DNA of 63,345 nt, counting the filler. It is 8 parts of 8 records of this genome, joined end to end, with 100 filler letters (N's around TTAATTAATTAA, not from the genome) between each part and the next. Parts side by side here need not be neighbours in the genome. Positions count along the whole stretch, not along the records: positions 18,724 to 25,823 come from SRR31147125_22289; positions 25,924 to 41,884 come from SRR31147125_22294; 6 more parts are not named here. One strand, given 5' to 3'. This document shows positions 18,768-28,116 of the stretch, piece by piece. A program made the translations under genes and the position numbers. Each line of letters opens with the position of its first letter. The first letter of the stretch is position 1. The notes beneath the pieces are model-generated. The model was not told the origin of the DNA. It saw nothing but the letters and a program-made list of their open reading frames with translations, and searched no databases.

Positions 18768-19832
18768 TCATGCGCCTTCCTTTTCGGCCAAATAGGCTTT
18801 GAGCAGCTCTGTCAGTTCCTGGGATACTTCGGATCGTTTCACGGCCGCCGGCCATGTGTCCCTGGCGATTTGCTTCAGCTTCTCGGCATCAGCAGCAGGC
18901 AGGGTCACCTCTTTCACGCCTCCGGCCTTTGCGGTAGCAATGTATTCATTTTCAAGGTCAATCGCTTTCTTGGAATATAATTTGATGTTTTCCAGGAAGG
19001 TGTCGTGGATGATCTTTCGCTGTGATTCCGTCAGTGTGGCGAGGATTTTTTTGTTGCCGTAAACCGAAATCACTGGCGTCGTTATGACCGGTGGATAGAC
19101 GATGTGGGTGACGACCTCTCTGAGTTTGTACGCCTCTAAAGAGTAGTAGGTATAGATCGTCCCGTCGATGGTCCCTCTTTGCAATGCCATATATTGTTCA
19201 GGGTTTGCTATGGTCACCGGTGAACCACCGATGTTCTGGACGATGGTGCTGAGCGTGCCGAAGCTGCGCAATTTCTTTCCTTTAAAATCATCCAGCGTCT
19301 TTACTGGAAAATTGGTCAGAAAACCATAGCCACCGCCTGGGCCTCCGCCCACAAGGGTAATGCCATGTTTGTCATATACCTCGACCAATTTCTTGAAAAC
19401 AATGCCGTCCCGCCAAGTGTAGAAGAATTCGTAAAATTGATCGGCAGCTTGAGTTGTGCCCATCTTGCCGAAAAAGCTGAAAGGCAGGCTGAACTCGAAC
19501 ATGCCTTCGGGTATCTTCCTGGCATGCATCAACCCGGCCGAGAAGCCGAGATCGATGGCGCCTCTCTTTACCAAGTCGAACTGCTCCATCGGTTTTGCCA
19601 GCGAACCCGGAGGATGAACCGTGATTTTAATTTCCCCGTTGGTACGGTCTCGAACTTCATCGGCGAATTTTTTTATGATGTCCGTTGCGTAGCTGGATGG
19701 CGGAAAGATCGTCGACAGCCTCAGGCTTTTATCCGCACCAAAGGCCAGGGATGTTAAAATGCAAGGTGTCAGGAATAGAACAATAACAAAGCAAACCCAA
19801 AGTCTACACTTGATGTGGGACATCCGGTTCAT
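18768..19832 (-). CDS. dctP: TRAP transporter substrate-binding protein (DctP family)
   Basis: Signal peptide; RTNGEIKI, DFKGKKLR, YMALQRGTIDG. Confidence 0.9.
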   Translation of the reverse strand: MNRMSHIKCRLWVCFVIVLFLTPCILTSLAFGADKSLRLSTIFPPSSYATDIIKKFADEVRDRTNGEIKITVHPPGSLAKPMEQFDLVKRGAIDLGFSAGLMHARKIPEGMFEFSLPFSFFGKMGTTQAADQFYEFFYTWRDGIVFKKLVEVYDKHGITLVGGGPGGGYGFLTNFPVKTLDDFKGKKLRSFGTLSTIVQNIGGSPVTIANPEQYMALQRGTIDGTIYTYYSLEAYKLREVVTHIVYPPVITTPVISVYGNKKILATLTESQRKIIHDTFLENIKLYSKKAIDLENEYIATAKAGGVKEVTLPAADAEKLKQIARDTWPAAVKRSEVSQELTELLKAYLAEKEGA

Positions 19833-19989
19833 AGCCGCCCTCCTAATTGGTTGCAGTTTGGTTAGATGGTTTCTTTTGCTTCTTCAAATCAACTGTTTCC
19901 ATCGGCAATGGTTGCGGTTGCCATGGGCCACCTGTAGTGCCGATTTGAAATTGAATGGTAATCATATAATATGATAAATAATATAATTT

Positions 19990-20173
19990 AATATTTGATA
20001 AACTTTGTCGGAGGGTTTTGTCAAGCCCTTTTAGAAGGCCTCTGTATATCTCCCTCGGTCTCATGAAAAAGTGGTGGTCACAACGTTTATGTGTCGGATA
20101 GCTTAACCTGATATAGCCTCTTGACAAATTAATACATAAAAGTTTATCAAATATTTTATTAATAATATGATAA
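19990..20173. promoter_or_regulatory. Divergent sigma70-type promoters sharing an operator-like motif
   Basis: TTGACA at 20121-20126 (+) and 20024-20019 (-); each is followed 12 nt later by AAAGTTTATCAAATATT (20139-20155 and 20006-19990). Confidence 0.6.
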
Positions 20174-20266
20174 TAAATCGGCGGTCAAAGGTTTGGCTAT
20201 TGCCCTGATAGTACTGCGACATAATAAATAATAGTTTCATTCGACGATGAAGGAGAAACAGAGAAA

Positions 20267-22084
20267 ATGGCGCAGCAATTAGTAGACAGAAGAGATCAGG
20301 AATTCGTAATTTGGGAACAGATGGCGTGCGAAGAGATCACCAAGTTGTCACCCTTTCGTGCCTTCAACAGAAAGACCTGTGACATGATCCTCACCGAGGC
20401 CCGCACCCTTGCCATCAAAGAGTTGCATCCCACCATGAAGGACGGTGACGAGCAGGGTGTGCGGTACGCGAACGGGACGGTCAAGGTGCCCGAAAGTTAC
20501 CATCGCGCCTTTAATCTTATCCGCGAAGGCGATTGGAACAACCTCTCCGTCGATCCGGAGATGGGAGGACAGGGGGCCCCTGGGTTTCTCGGCATGTGTG
20601 TCTCTGAATATCTCATGGCCGCCAACTGGACGCTTTCTTGCTATACCTCGATGGGTATCGGCACCGCTCTGCTGATTCATAAGTTTGCAACCCCTGAGGA
20701 TCGGGAGAAGTACGTCCGCAAGCTGACGGCGGCACAATGGGGCGGCACCATGCTCCTGACGGAGCCTGCGGCAGGATCGGATGTGGGTGCACTATCCACT
20801 ACCGCGGTCAAAAACCCGGATGGGACCTATGCTTTGATCGGGAATAAGATTTTTATCACCAATGGCGACCACGACCTGGTGGAAAACATCATCCATCCGG
20901 TCCTGGCCCGAATTGAAGGCGATCCGGCGGGCACCAAAGGCCTCTCCCTCTTTATCGTGCCCAAATATCTGGTGGATGAGGATGGTTCCCTGGGCGAACG
21001 TAACGATATCGTTTGCGCGGGTATCGAAAGAAAGCACGGCCTCCACGGCAGCGCGACCACCATGATGAGCATCGGGGGCAAGGGAAAATGCAAGGGCTAT
21101 CTCCTCGGCATGCCGCGCGAGGGGATGAAGATCATGTTCTACATGATCAACAACGCCAGGATGAAAACCGGTTTGCAGGCATTGTCCTATGCGTCGTCGG
21201 CCTATCTGCTGGCTGTCAATTATGCCAGAGAACGGATACAGGGGAGAGATCTTGAGAGCTTCGCCGATCCGGCAGCCCCTTCGGTTGCGATTATCCGGCA
21301 TCCGGATGTGCGCCGCAATCTGCTTTGGATGAAGGCGTATGTGACAGGGATGCGAAGCTTTTTCCACTACATGACCAGATGTCAAACCAAGGCGGAGTGG
21401 GCCGAGAACGACACCGAAAAGCAAACCAATGCCGGTATTTTCAACCTTTTAAGTCCCATCGTGAAAGAGTACCTGGCCACCAAGGGGTACGAAGTGTGTG
21501 TGCAGGCCATCCAGGTCCATGGCGGTGCCGGATACACCAAAGATTGCCTGGTGGAGCAGTATGCCCGGGATTGCAGGGCCGTACCGATCTATGAAGGCAC
21601 AAGCGGTATCCAGGCAATGGATTTCCTGGCACGGAAAATCGGTGCCGATAAGGGCGCTGCCTTTAACAGCCTGATGGATGAGATACATTTCATGGTGGAC
21701 CGCGCCAGTGACGTGGGGGGATTGAAAACTTTGTCCGAAAAGGTGGCAAACGCAGCCGGTCGATTGGCGGATGTTTGTTCGTATCTCACTCAATTGACAC
21801 GATCTTCACAGATCAAAGTCGCTTTTGCTCACTCTTTGCCTTTCTTGCATGCAACCGGCGATGTGATCGTGGCGTGGATGCATCTTTGGCGGGCCGTTAT
21901 CGCAACTGAGAAACTCAAGAAAGACATTAAACAGAAGAATGTTGCTTTCTATAAAGGTCTGATTCGGACCGCAGAATTTTTTATAGAAACAGAACTGGAA
22001 ATTACATTGGGAAAATTGAATGCCATCCGAGGCGGCTGCGTTGCGGCGGTTGAAATAGCCGAAGATGAATTCGGCGGTTTATAA
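20267..22084 (+). CDS. Acyl-CoA dehydrogenase (about 600-aa family)
   Basis: GTMLLTEPAAGSDVG, GNKIFIT, QVHGGAGY, IYEGTSGIQ. Confidence 0.95.
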   Translation: MAQQLVDRRDQEFVIWEQMACEEITKLSPFRAFNRKTCDMILTEARTLAIKELHPTMKDGDEQGVRYANGTVKVPESYHRAFNLIREGDWNNLSVDPEMGGQGAPGFLGMCVSEYLMAANWTLSCYTSMGIGTALLIHKFATPEDREKYVRKLTAAQWGGTMLLTEPAAGSDVGALSTTAVKNPDGTYALIGNKIFITNGDHDLVENIIHPVLARIEGDPAGTKGLSLFIVPKYLVDEDGSLGERNDIVCAGIERKHGLHGSATTMMSIGGKGKCKGYLLGMPREGMKIMFYMINNARMKTGLQALSYASSAYLLAVNYARERIQGRDLESFADPAAPSVAIIRHPDVRRNLLWMKAYVTGMRSFFHYMTRCQTKAEWAENDTEKQTNAGIFNLLSPIVKEYLATKGYEVCVQAIQVHGGAGYTKDCLVEQYARDCRAVPIYEGTSGIQAMDFLARKIGADKGAAFNSLMDEIHFMVDRASDVGGLKTLSEKVANAAGRLADVCSYLTQLTRSSQIKVAFAHSLPFLHATGDVIVAWMHLWRAVIATEKLKKDIKQKNVAFYKGLIRTAEFFIETELEITLGKLNAIRGGCVAAVEIAEDEFGGL

Positions 22085-22160
22085 TGGTTGATCAGACAGT
22101 TATTGGCGTCTGCACTTCAGCAAAAGGTCTGAATCCTTGAATGAAATAGAAATTAATTGC

Positions 22161-22212
22161 TTGACAATTTAGACGTATGATTTTATCAAAAATATTATTA
22201 GATTTATGATAA
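22161..22212 (+). promoter_or_regulatory. Promoter and operator of the acyl-CoA synthetase operon
   Basis: TTGACA at 22161-22166, then TTATCA-N18-TGATAA (22183-22212), as at 20144-20173. Confidence 0.55.
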
Positions 22213-22357
22213 GGTGTGTGGCTTTGTGATAGCGCCATCTATTCTTTCAGGGTATGTAGTGGCAGGCATTGAATTTATATGGGTATCCGCGCAAAATATT
22301 TGGCAACCGGATGGTTGTCGAAGAAATCGCCGACGATTGGAGTTGAGAGGAGAAGCC

Positions 22358-23911
22358 ATGTTTGATTGGACCAAAGCGTTCGACCCGCAAAGGGTAGGCA
22401 TTGCCAAAACTGCGGAGAAAACCCCTGAACATATCGCTTTCTGCGTTGAAGGCGAGACGGTTTCTTACGGTCAGTTGGATCGAAAGATCAATGCCCTTGC
22501 CAATGCCATGCTGAAGCTTGGCATGAAGCCGGGCGACAATATCGCCGCGCTTTTTCACAACAGTTACGAAATCTATCTGGTATGGGCCGCAGCGGCCAAG
22601 ATTAAAGCCACTTCCCTGGCGGTCAATTTCAAACTGAAAGAGAGTGAGTTGGCCTACATTTTAGACGACTCACAGTGCAAACTTCTCATTTATCATCATG
22701 ATTTCCGGAAGTTGATCGACAGTCTCCAACCGGTGCTGACCAAGGCCGAACCGGTAATGGTCTGCGCGGGAAGCGAGGCGGTTGCAGGTGGTCATCACCT
22801 GGAGGATATGCTGGCGCAGAATTCAACCGAGTCCCCTAAGGTTCAGGAGGCATCCGGAATGGTGCCACCGTCGCTGGCGTATACATCCGGGACCACCGGC
22901 AGGCCCAAAGGCGTTTTCAGATCCGGCGCCAAGCGGTTCGAATATTTGCTGTGGCAGGCGGACCTGTGCGGTGCACGCTATGATGATGTGCACTTGGTCG
23001 CCGGCCCGGTATATCATGCCGCCCCGTTTGCCTGGGGAGCATTTTCGCTTCTGTTGGGCAACAAAGTGGTCATCATGCCCCGATTCGACGCGGAGACATT
23101 TTTGAAGCTGGTTTCGGAACACAAGGTTGGGACAACCTTTATGGTGCCGACGATGATGCGCAGATTGCTCAATGTGCCGGATAAGGTGAGGCGGAAGTAT
23201 GACATCTCTTCGCTCAGATCGATTACCATCGCCGGAGAACCGTTCCCCTATGCCATAAAGAAACGCTGCATCGAGTATTTTGGCAAGGGGAAACTGTTCG
23301 AGTTTTACGGCGGCACGGAGATCGGGGTCGTGACGCACTTGAAACCGGAAGACCAGCTCAGAAAGGCCGGCTCCTGCGGGCAGACGCTCGAGGATATCGA
23401 TATCCTGGTGCTCGACGACAAGCGGCGGGAGGTGCCTACTGGTGAAGTGGGTGTCTTCTACATCAAAAGCCCCTACCTGCTTGACGGCTATCACAACAAT
23501 CCCGAGGCTACGGCTGCCAATTTCCACAACGACTATTTCACCGTGGGAGACATGGGTTATGTCGACGACGAAGGCTATTACTACCTTGTCGACCGAGCGG
23601 TGGACATGATCATCTCCGGCGGCGTGAACATCTATCCGGCTGAAATCGAAGAGGTGCTCTACCAGTATGGCGGCATTCAAGCGGCCACTGTTATCGGCTT
23701 GCCGGACCCGGCCTGGGGAGAGAAGGTGGTCGCCTACGTCGTGCCGCGGCCGGGTACCGATTTCGATGCCGACCAGATTATCGACCATGTCGGCCGTAAT
23801 CTGGCCACCTACAAGAAGCCCAAAGAGGTGATTTTCCTGGATGAACTTCCGGTCTCGACCACCGGCAAGGTGATGAAGCGGGAATTGCGCAAGCGTTACA
23901 CCAAGCTTTAA
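22358..23911 (+). CDS. AMP-forming acyl-CoA synthetase
   Basis: YTSGTTGRPKG, FYGGTE, TVGD, IISGGVNIYP, TGKV. Start moved to ATG 22358, which follows a GAGGAG RBS. Confidence 0.92.
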   Translation: MFDWTKAFDPQRVGIAKTAEKTPEHIAFCVEGETVSYGQLDRKINALANAMLKLGMKPGDNIAALFHNSYEIYLVWAAAAKIKATSLAVNFKLKESELAYILDDSQCKLLIYHHDFRKLIDSLQPVLTKAEPVMVCAGSEAVAGGHHLEDMLAQNSTESPKVQEASGMVPPSLAYTSGTTGRPKGVFRSGAKRFEYLLWQADLCGARYDDVHLVAGPVYHAAPFAWGAFSLLLGNKVVIMPRFDAETFLKLVSEHKVGTTFMVPTMMRRLLNVPDKVRRKYDISSLRSITIAGEPFPYAIKKRCIEYFGKGKLFEFYGGTEIGVVTHLKPEDQLRKAGSCGQTLEDIDILVLDDKRREVPTGEVGVFYIKSPYLLDGYHNNPEATAANFHNDYFTVGDMGYVDDEGYYYLVDRAVDMIISGGVNIYPAEIEEVLYQYGGIQAATVIGLPDPAWGEKVVAYVVPRPGTDFDADQIIDHVGRNLATYKKPKEVIFLDELPVSTTGKVMKRELRKRYTKL

Positions 23912-23977
23912 ATCGCTCAGACGAAGTAAACGACGATAAATTGTTAGGTTCAACCATAGGCGTTAAAAGGAGAAGCT

Positions 23978-24751
23978 ATGCAGATTCAAGGCAGTGTTGC
24001 GATTGTCACCGGCGGAGCATCCGGTCTGGGAAGGGCGACCGCCCAGGCGTTGGTAGAAAAGGGAGCCAAGGTGGCGCTCTTCGACCTTAACCCGGAAGCG
24101 GGCGAAAAGGCCGCCTCGGAGCTCGGCAACGGGACCATCTTCGTACCGGTCAATGTGGCCGACCATCAGGCCGTTGATAGCGCAGTCGAGATTGTGCTGG
24201 AAAAATTAAAAACCATTCATATCGTGGCCAACTGCGCCGGTATCGGTGGGTCGGTTCGTATTTTAGGCAAAGACGGCCTCGTCAAGCCCGAGTGGTTTAC
24301 CAACATTGTCAATGTGAATCTGGTGGGTACCTTCAACCTGATTCGCGCGGCGATTTCGACCTTGGCGAACAACACCCCCAATGAAAAAGGCGAACGGGGA
24401 GTGATCATCAACACCGCATCCATTGCTGCTTTCGACGGACAAATCGGCCAGGCTGCCTACTCCGCATCGAAGGGCGGCATCGTCTCGATGACCCTCACCC
24501 TTGCCCGGGAGTTCGCCAACAACGGCGTCCGTGTCATGACCATTCTACCCGGTATTTTCGATACCCCGCTTCTGGGGACGTTAAGCGAAGAGGCCAGAGC
24601 GCGGCTGGGCAAGCAGGTGCCCTTCCCTCCGCAGCTTGGCGATGTGAAAGAGTTCGCCGCACTGGCCAAACACATTGTCGAGAATCCATATTTGAACGGC
24701 GAGGCCATCAGGCTCGATGGCGGCCTTAGAATGGGGTTTGGACGCAAGTAG
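23978..24751 (+). CDS. SDR 3-hydroxyacyl-CoA dehydrogenase (HSD10-like)
   Basis: TGGASGLG, NCAGI, YSASK, GEAIRLDG. Confidence 0.92.
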   Translation: MQIQGSVAIVTGGASGLGRATAQALVEKGAKVALFDLNPEAGEKAASELGNGTIFVPVNVADHQAVDSAVEIVLEKLKTIHIVANCAGIGGSVRILGKDGLVKPEWFTNIVNVNLVGTFNLIRAAISTLANNTPNEKGERGVIINTASIAAFDGQIGQAAYSASKGGIVSMTLTLAREFANNGVRVMTILPGIFDTPLLGTLSEEARARLGKQVPFPPQLGDVKEFAALAKHIVENPYLNGEAIRLDGGLRMGFGRK

Positions 24752-24828
24752 CCGAATGAGCTTGAAGACAACGATTCATCTAATAGCTTGAATAACGACA
24801 AAACAGTAGTGTCGCAGAAGGAGATAAT

Positions 24829-25791
24829 ATGATGTGGAAGACACGTGTAACTGAACTGTTAGGAATCGAATATCCGCTTATCGGTGGGCCGATGCAGTGG
24901 CTGAGCAAGTCCAAGTTTGTGTCGGCCATCAGCAATGCCGGCGGCTTGGGCATTATTACTTCAGCCTCGTTTGCATCCAAAGATGAGCTGAGGGAAGAGA
25001 TCCGCAAAACGCGCGAACTGACCGACAAACCGTTCGCCGTTAATATCAATCTGTTTCCTTCCATGCGGCCTTTTTCTGTGGACGACATGATCGATGTTCT
25101 CGATGAAGAGGGAATCACCATTGTCGAAACTTCGGGCAACAGTCCGGAGAAGCACATGGAGCGGCTGAAGAAAGACGGCCGTATCCATATGCACAAATGC
25201 GCCCGGCGCCGCGATGCCGTCAAGGCGGAAAAACTGGGGGTCGATATCGTTGAGATCGTCGGCACGGAGTGCGGCGGCCATCCCAGTACCGAAGGGGTGA
25301 CGACCATGGTGCTGCTGCCCCGAACCGTGGAATCCGTATCCATTCCGGTCGTCGGCGGCGGCGGAATCGGAGACGGCCGCGGCGTGATGGCTGCTTTTGC
25401 AATGGGGGCCGAAGGGGCCATCATCGGAACCGCTCTGATGGCCACCGAAGAGTGCCCCATTCACATGGATTTCAAAAAGGCCTTGGTCGATGCGGAGGAG
25501 ACCGTCACCTGTCTGCTGCTGGACACGGTAAAGGCGCCGGTGCGGGCTTTCCGCAACCAGACCGCTGAAGAGGTCCTCGAGATGGAGGCCGCTTGCCGCC
25601 CATTGGAAGATATTTTGCCGAAGATGAAAGGCGAACGCGGGCTGGCGGCCTATGAGAAGGGCGATCTGGACGGCGGCGTCTGGGCTTGCGGCCAGGTGGC
25701 CGGCCTGGTCAAACATATCCTGCCGCTAAAAGATTTCTTCAAACTGGTCATGGACGAGGCTGAAGAGATCCGCAAGCGCTGGGCAATCTAA
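24829..25791 (+). CDS. Nitronate monooxygenase / FabK-like flavoprotein
   Basis: SNAGGLG, GTECGGH, GGIGDGRG, CGQVAG. Confidence 0.88.
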   Translation: MMWKTRVTELLGIEYPLIGGPMQWLSKSKFVSAISNAGGLGIITSASFASKDELREEIRKTRELTDKPFAVNINLFPSMRPFSVDDMIDVLDEEGITIVETSGNSPEKHMERLKKDGRIHMHKCARRRDAVKAEKLGVDIVEIVGTECGGHPSTEGVTTMVLLPRTVESVSIPVVGGGGIGDGRGVMAAFAMGAEGAIIGTALMATEECPIHMDFKKALVDAEETVTCLLLDTVKAPVRAFRNQTAEEVLEMEAACRPLEDILPKMKGERGLAAYEKGDLDGGVWACGQVAGLVKHILPLKDFFKLVMDEAEEIRKRWAI

Positions 25792-25823
25792 ATGGTGTTT
25801 TCCAATATCATCCCGTAGGGGCA

Positions 25824-25923
25824 NNNNNNNNNNNNNNNNNNNNNNNNNNNNNNNNNNNNNNNNNNNNTTAATTAATTAANNNNNNNNNNNNNNNNNNNNN
25901 NNNNNNNNNNNNNNNNNNNNNNN
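25824..25923. other. Artificial contig linker
   Basis: N-run, TTAATTAATTAA, N-run. Confidence 0.99.
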
Positions 25924-27632
25924 ACAACATTTTCTTTTGCAATAAATCCTGTAATAGCAGCAGCCGCAAATTGCCATAACCCAAATCCTAATGGTATAAG
26001 CAATACTGCAAACGGCGAAGCTATTGATGCCAAAATACTTTCTGATGCAACATCAGTAACATTGAAATTCCAGTCAAATGATTGCATTATATGTATAATA
26101 GCATTGCACACAAGAATAACTGTACCCGCCTTAATAATAAAAGACTTACCTCGAGACATCATAGAAACAGCCGCTCTTCCTAGGCTTGGAATCCTATACT
26201 CTGGTAGCTCCATAATAAAATAAGAGCTTGTATTATCTCCAGTAATCTTTCTAATGATTAAAGCCGAAAATACTATAACCAAAATCGCCAAGAAATACAT
26301 AGTTGTTCCAACCCATGCGTTTCCCTTAAAAAAAACACCAGCAAATAAAGCAATAATAGGTAGCTTAGCTCCGCATGGCATAAAAGGAGTAAGCATTGCT
26401 GTTGTTCTTCTTTGTCTTTCATTTTTTATTGTTCTAGATGCCATAACACCAGGTATTCCACAGCCAGTTCCAATTACCATTGGTATAATACTTCTTCCAG
26501 AAAGACCAATCTTCTTAAAATACTTGTCCATAATTACAGCAACGCGAGCCATATAGCCACAATCTTCGAGCAATGCCATTAGAAAAAACATAACCATAAT
26601 CAAGGGTAAAAAACCAACAATAGCTATAACTCCACCAATAATGCCATCTATAAGCAGTGCAGAAACTATCGGTTCAACACCTTCAATCAAGCCAGCAACC
26701 CATCCTTGAAAAATTTCTAAAACACCAACAAATAAATCCGCAATAATCGGGCCAAGCCACGCTTGAGAGACCCAGAAGATAAAGAATATAACAGCTGCAA
26801 AAATAGGGATTCCTAGCAATCTGCTAGCTACTATTCTATCAATCTTATCTTGAATCGTTTGTGCAGACGAATCTATCTTTCTTCTTTCAACTTGCGAAAC
26901 TACTTCTTTTACAAAAGCAAATCTCTTTTTATCTGCAATCTTATGTTGTCTCTCATTTTTCGCATTCTTTAGCCCATCAATCCTTGGTGGTTTTTGAGGA
27001 TGTGGGTTTTCAATATGTCTTATACATTCAGATATCAATTGTCTAAGCCCCGATAGCTTTGTTGCAGATGTTTCCACAACTGGGCAGTTTAAATATCTGC
27101 TAAGCACTCCTGTATTTATATAGTTACCCTTTTTCTTAGTTAAATCAGATTTATTTAAGGCAACCACAACTGGAATCCCTAATTCTAAAAGCTGGGTCGT
27201 AAAAAATAAAGATCTGCTTATATTTGTTGCGTCTACTATATTTATAATTACATCAGGGTTTTCATCCTGTATAAAATCCTTTGTTATTGTTTCTTCACTT
27301 GTATATGGGCTAATAGAGTAAGCGCCAGGAAGGTCCACAACAGATAAATTATTCAATATATTCCTTCTACAATGTTTGTGCCCTCGTTGTTTACCAATTC
27401 CATTACCACGGCCATGCCCATGACCGTGCCCATTATAGCCTTCTTGCGTTAGTTTTTGATCTCGTCTATTTTCCCTGTTGCACTCATCCATATATAACGA
27501 AAGCTTAACACTTGCCTCTTTTTTATCAACAGTAACTCCGGCCCAATTACCAACATATTCTAGTTTACCTGTAATAGCGTTAAAAAGTGTCGTCTTACCA
27601 CTATTCGGATTGCCTGTTAATGCTATTTTCAT
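25924..27632 (-). CDS. feoB: Ferrous iron transporter B, 3'-truncated
   Basis: GNPNSGKT, VGNWAGVT, DLPG, NKSD; membrane domain EDCGYMAR and PFMPCGAK. Confidence 0.96.
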
Positions 27633-27681
27633 GTATTTCTCCCATATATTATATATGTTATCTTTTTATACATCAAAGTCC

Positions 27682-27711
27682 ATATTAGCCAATGCTAACT
27701 TACTCTGTCAA
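27682..27711 (-). promoter_or_regulatory. feoB promoter overlapped by a metal-repressor-like palindrome
   Basis: TTGACA (27711-27706), TAATAT (27687-27682); TTAGC-N4-GCTAA at 27685-27698. Confidence 0.5.
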
Positions 27712-27741
27712 AAAAAATAACTTATCTACCATTATATTGTT

Positions 27742-27954
27742 CTATACCAGTATTGATTTTGCAAGATTTTCATCAATACTATACCTTGCATCCTTTACAT
27801 TAATAATGTAATTTGAAGCAAGTTTTGAGATTATTGTTACATGCTCGCCAGGATAGCATCCAAGTGAAAATAAAAATTCTTTTAAACTTTCATCAGATGT
27901 GTTTATCTTGCCAACAACATATGTTTTGTTAAGCTTTGCTTGCGATAATGGCAT
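27742..27954 (-). CDS. feoA: Ferrous iron transport protein A
   Basis: 70 aa from MPLSQ after a GGAGGAGG RBS; FLFSLGCYPGE and ARYSID pattern; upstream of feoB. Confidence 0.9.
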   Translation of the reverse strand: MPLSQAKLNKTYVVGKINTSDESLKEFLFSLGCYPGEHVTIISKLASNYIINVKDARYSIDENLAKSILV

Positions 27955-27993
27955 AATAACCTCCTCCTTTTTATCTTCTTTTATATTGCATAG

Positions 27994-28024
27994 AAAGTTT
28001 ATCATAGCTAACTTTATATGTCAA
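27994..28024 (-). promoter_or_regulatory. feoA promoter overlapped by a related palindrome
   Basis: TTGACA (28024-28019), 17 nt, extended -10 TGATAAACT; box AAAGTTAGCTATGATAAACTTT. Confidence 0.5.
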
Positions 28025-28116
28025 TGGGTTATTTATATTATTTTTTTCCAGCTAAATAGTTCACTCCTTGTACATTAAAAAGCACTAGTTTTAGTGCTTT
28101 AAAATATATCTATATA

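Noticed and set aside
22823-25716. Long antisense ORFs (376, 226 and 251 aa) in the GC-rich contig
   Set aside because: They are shadow frames of well-supported plus-strand enzymes.
25813-25823. CCGTAGGGGCA at the contig end resembling the start of a GTAG-type REP
   Set aside because: It is cut by the linker, so there is too little sequence to support a call.
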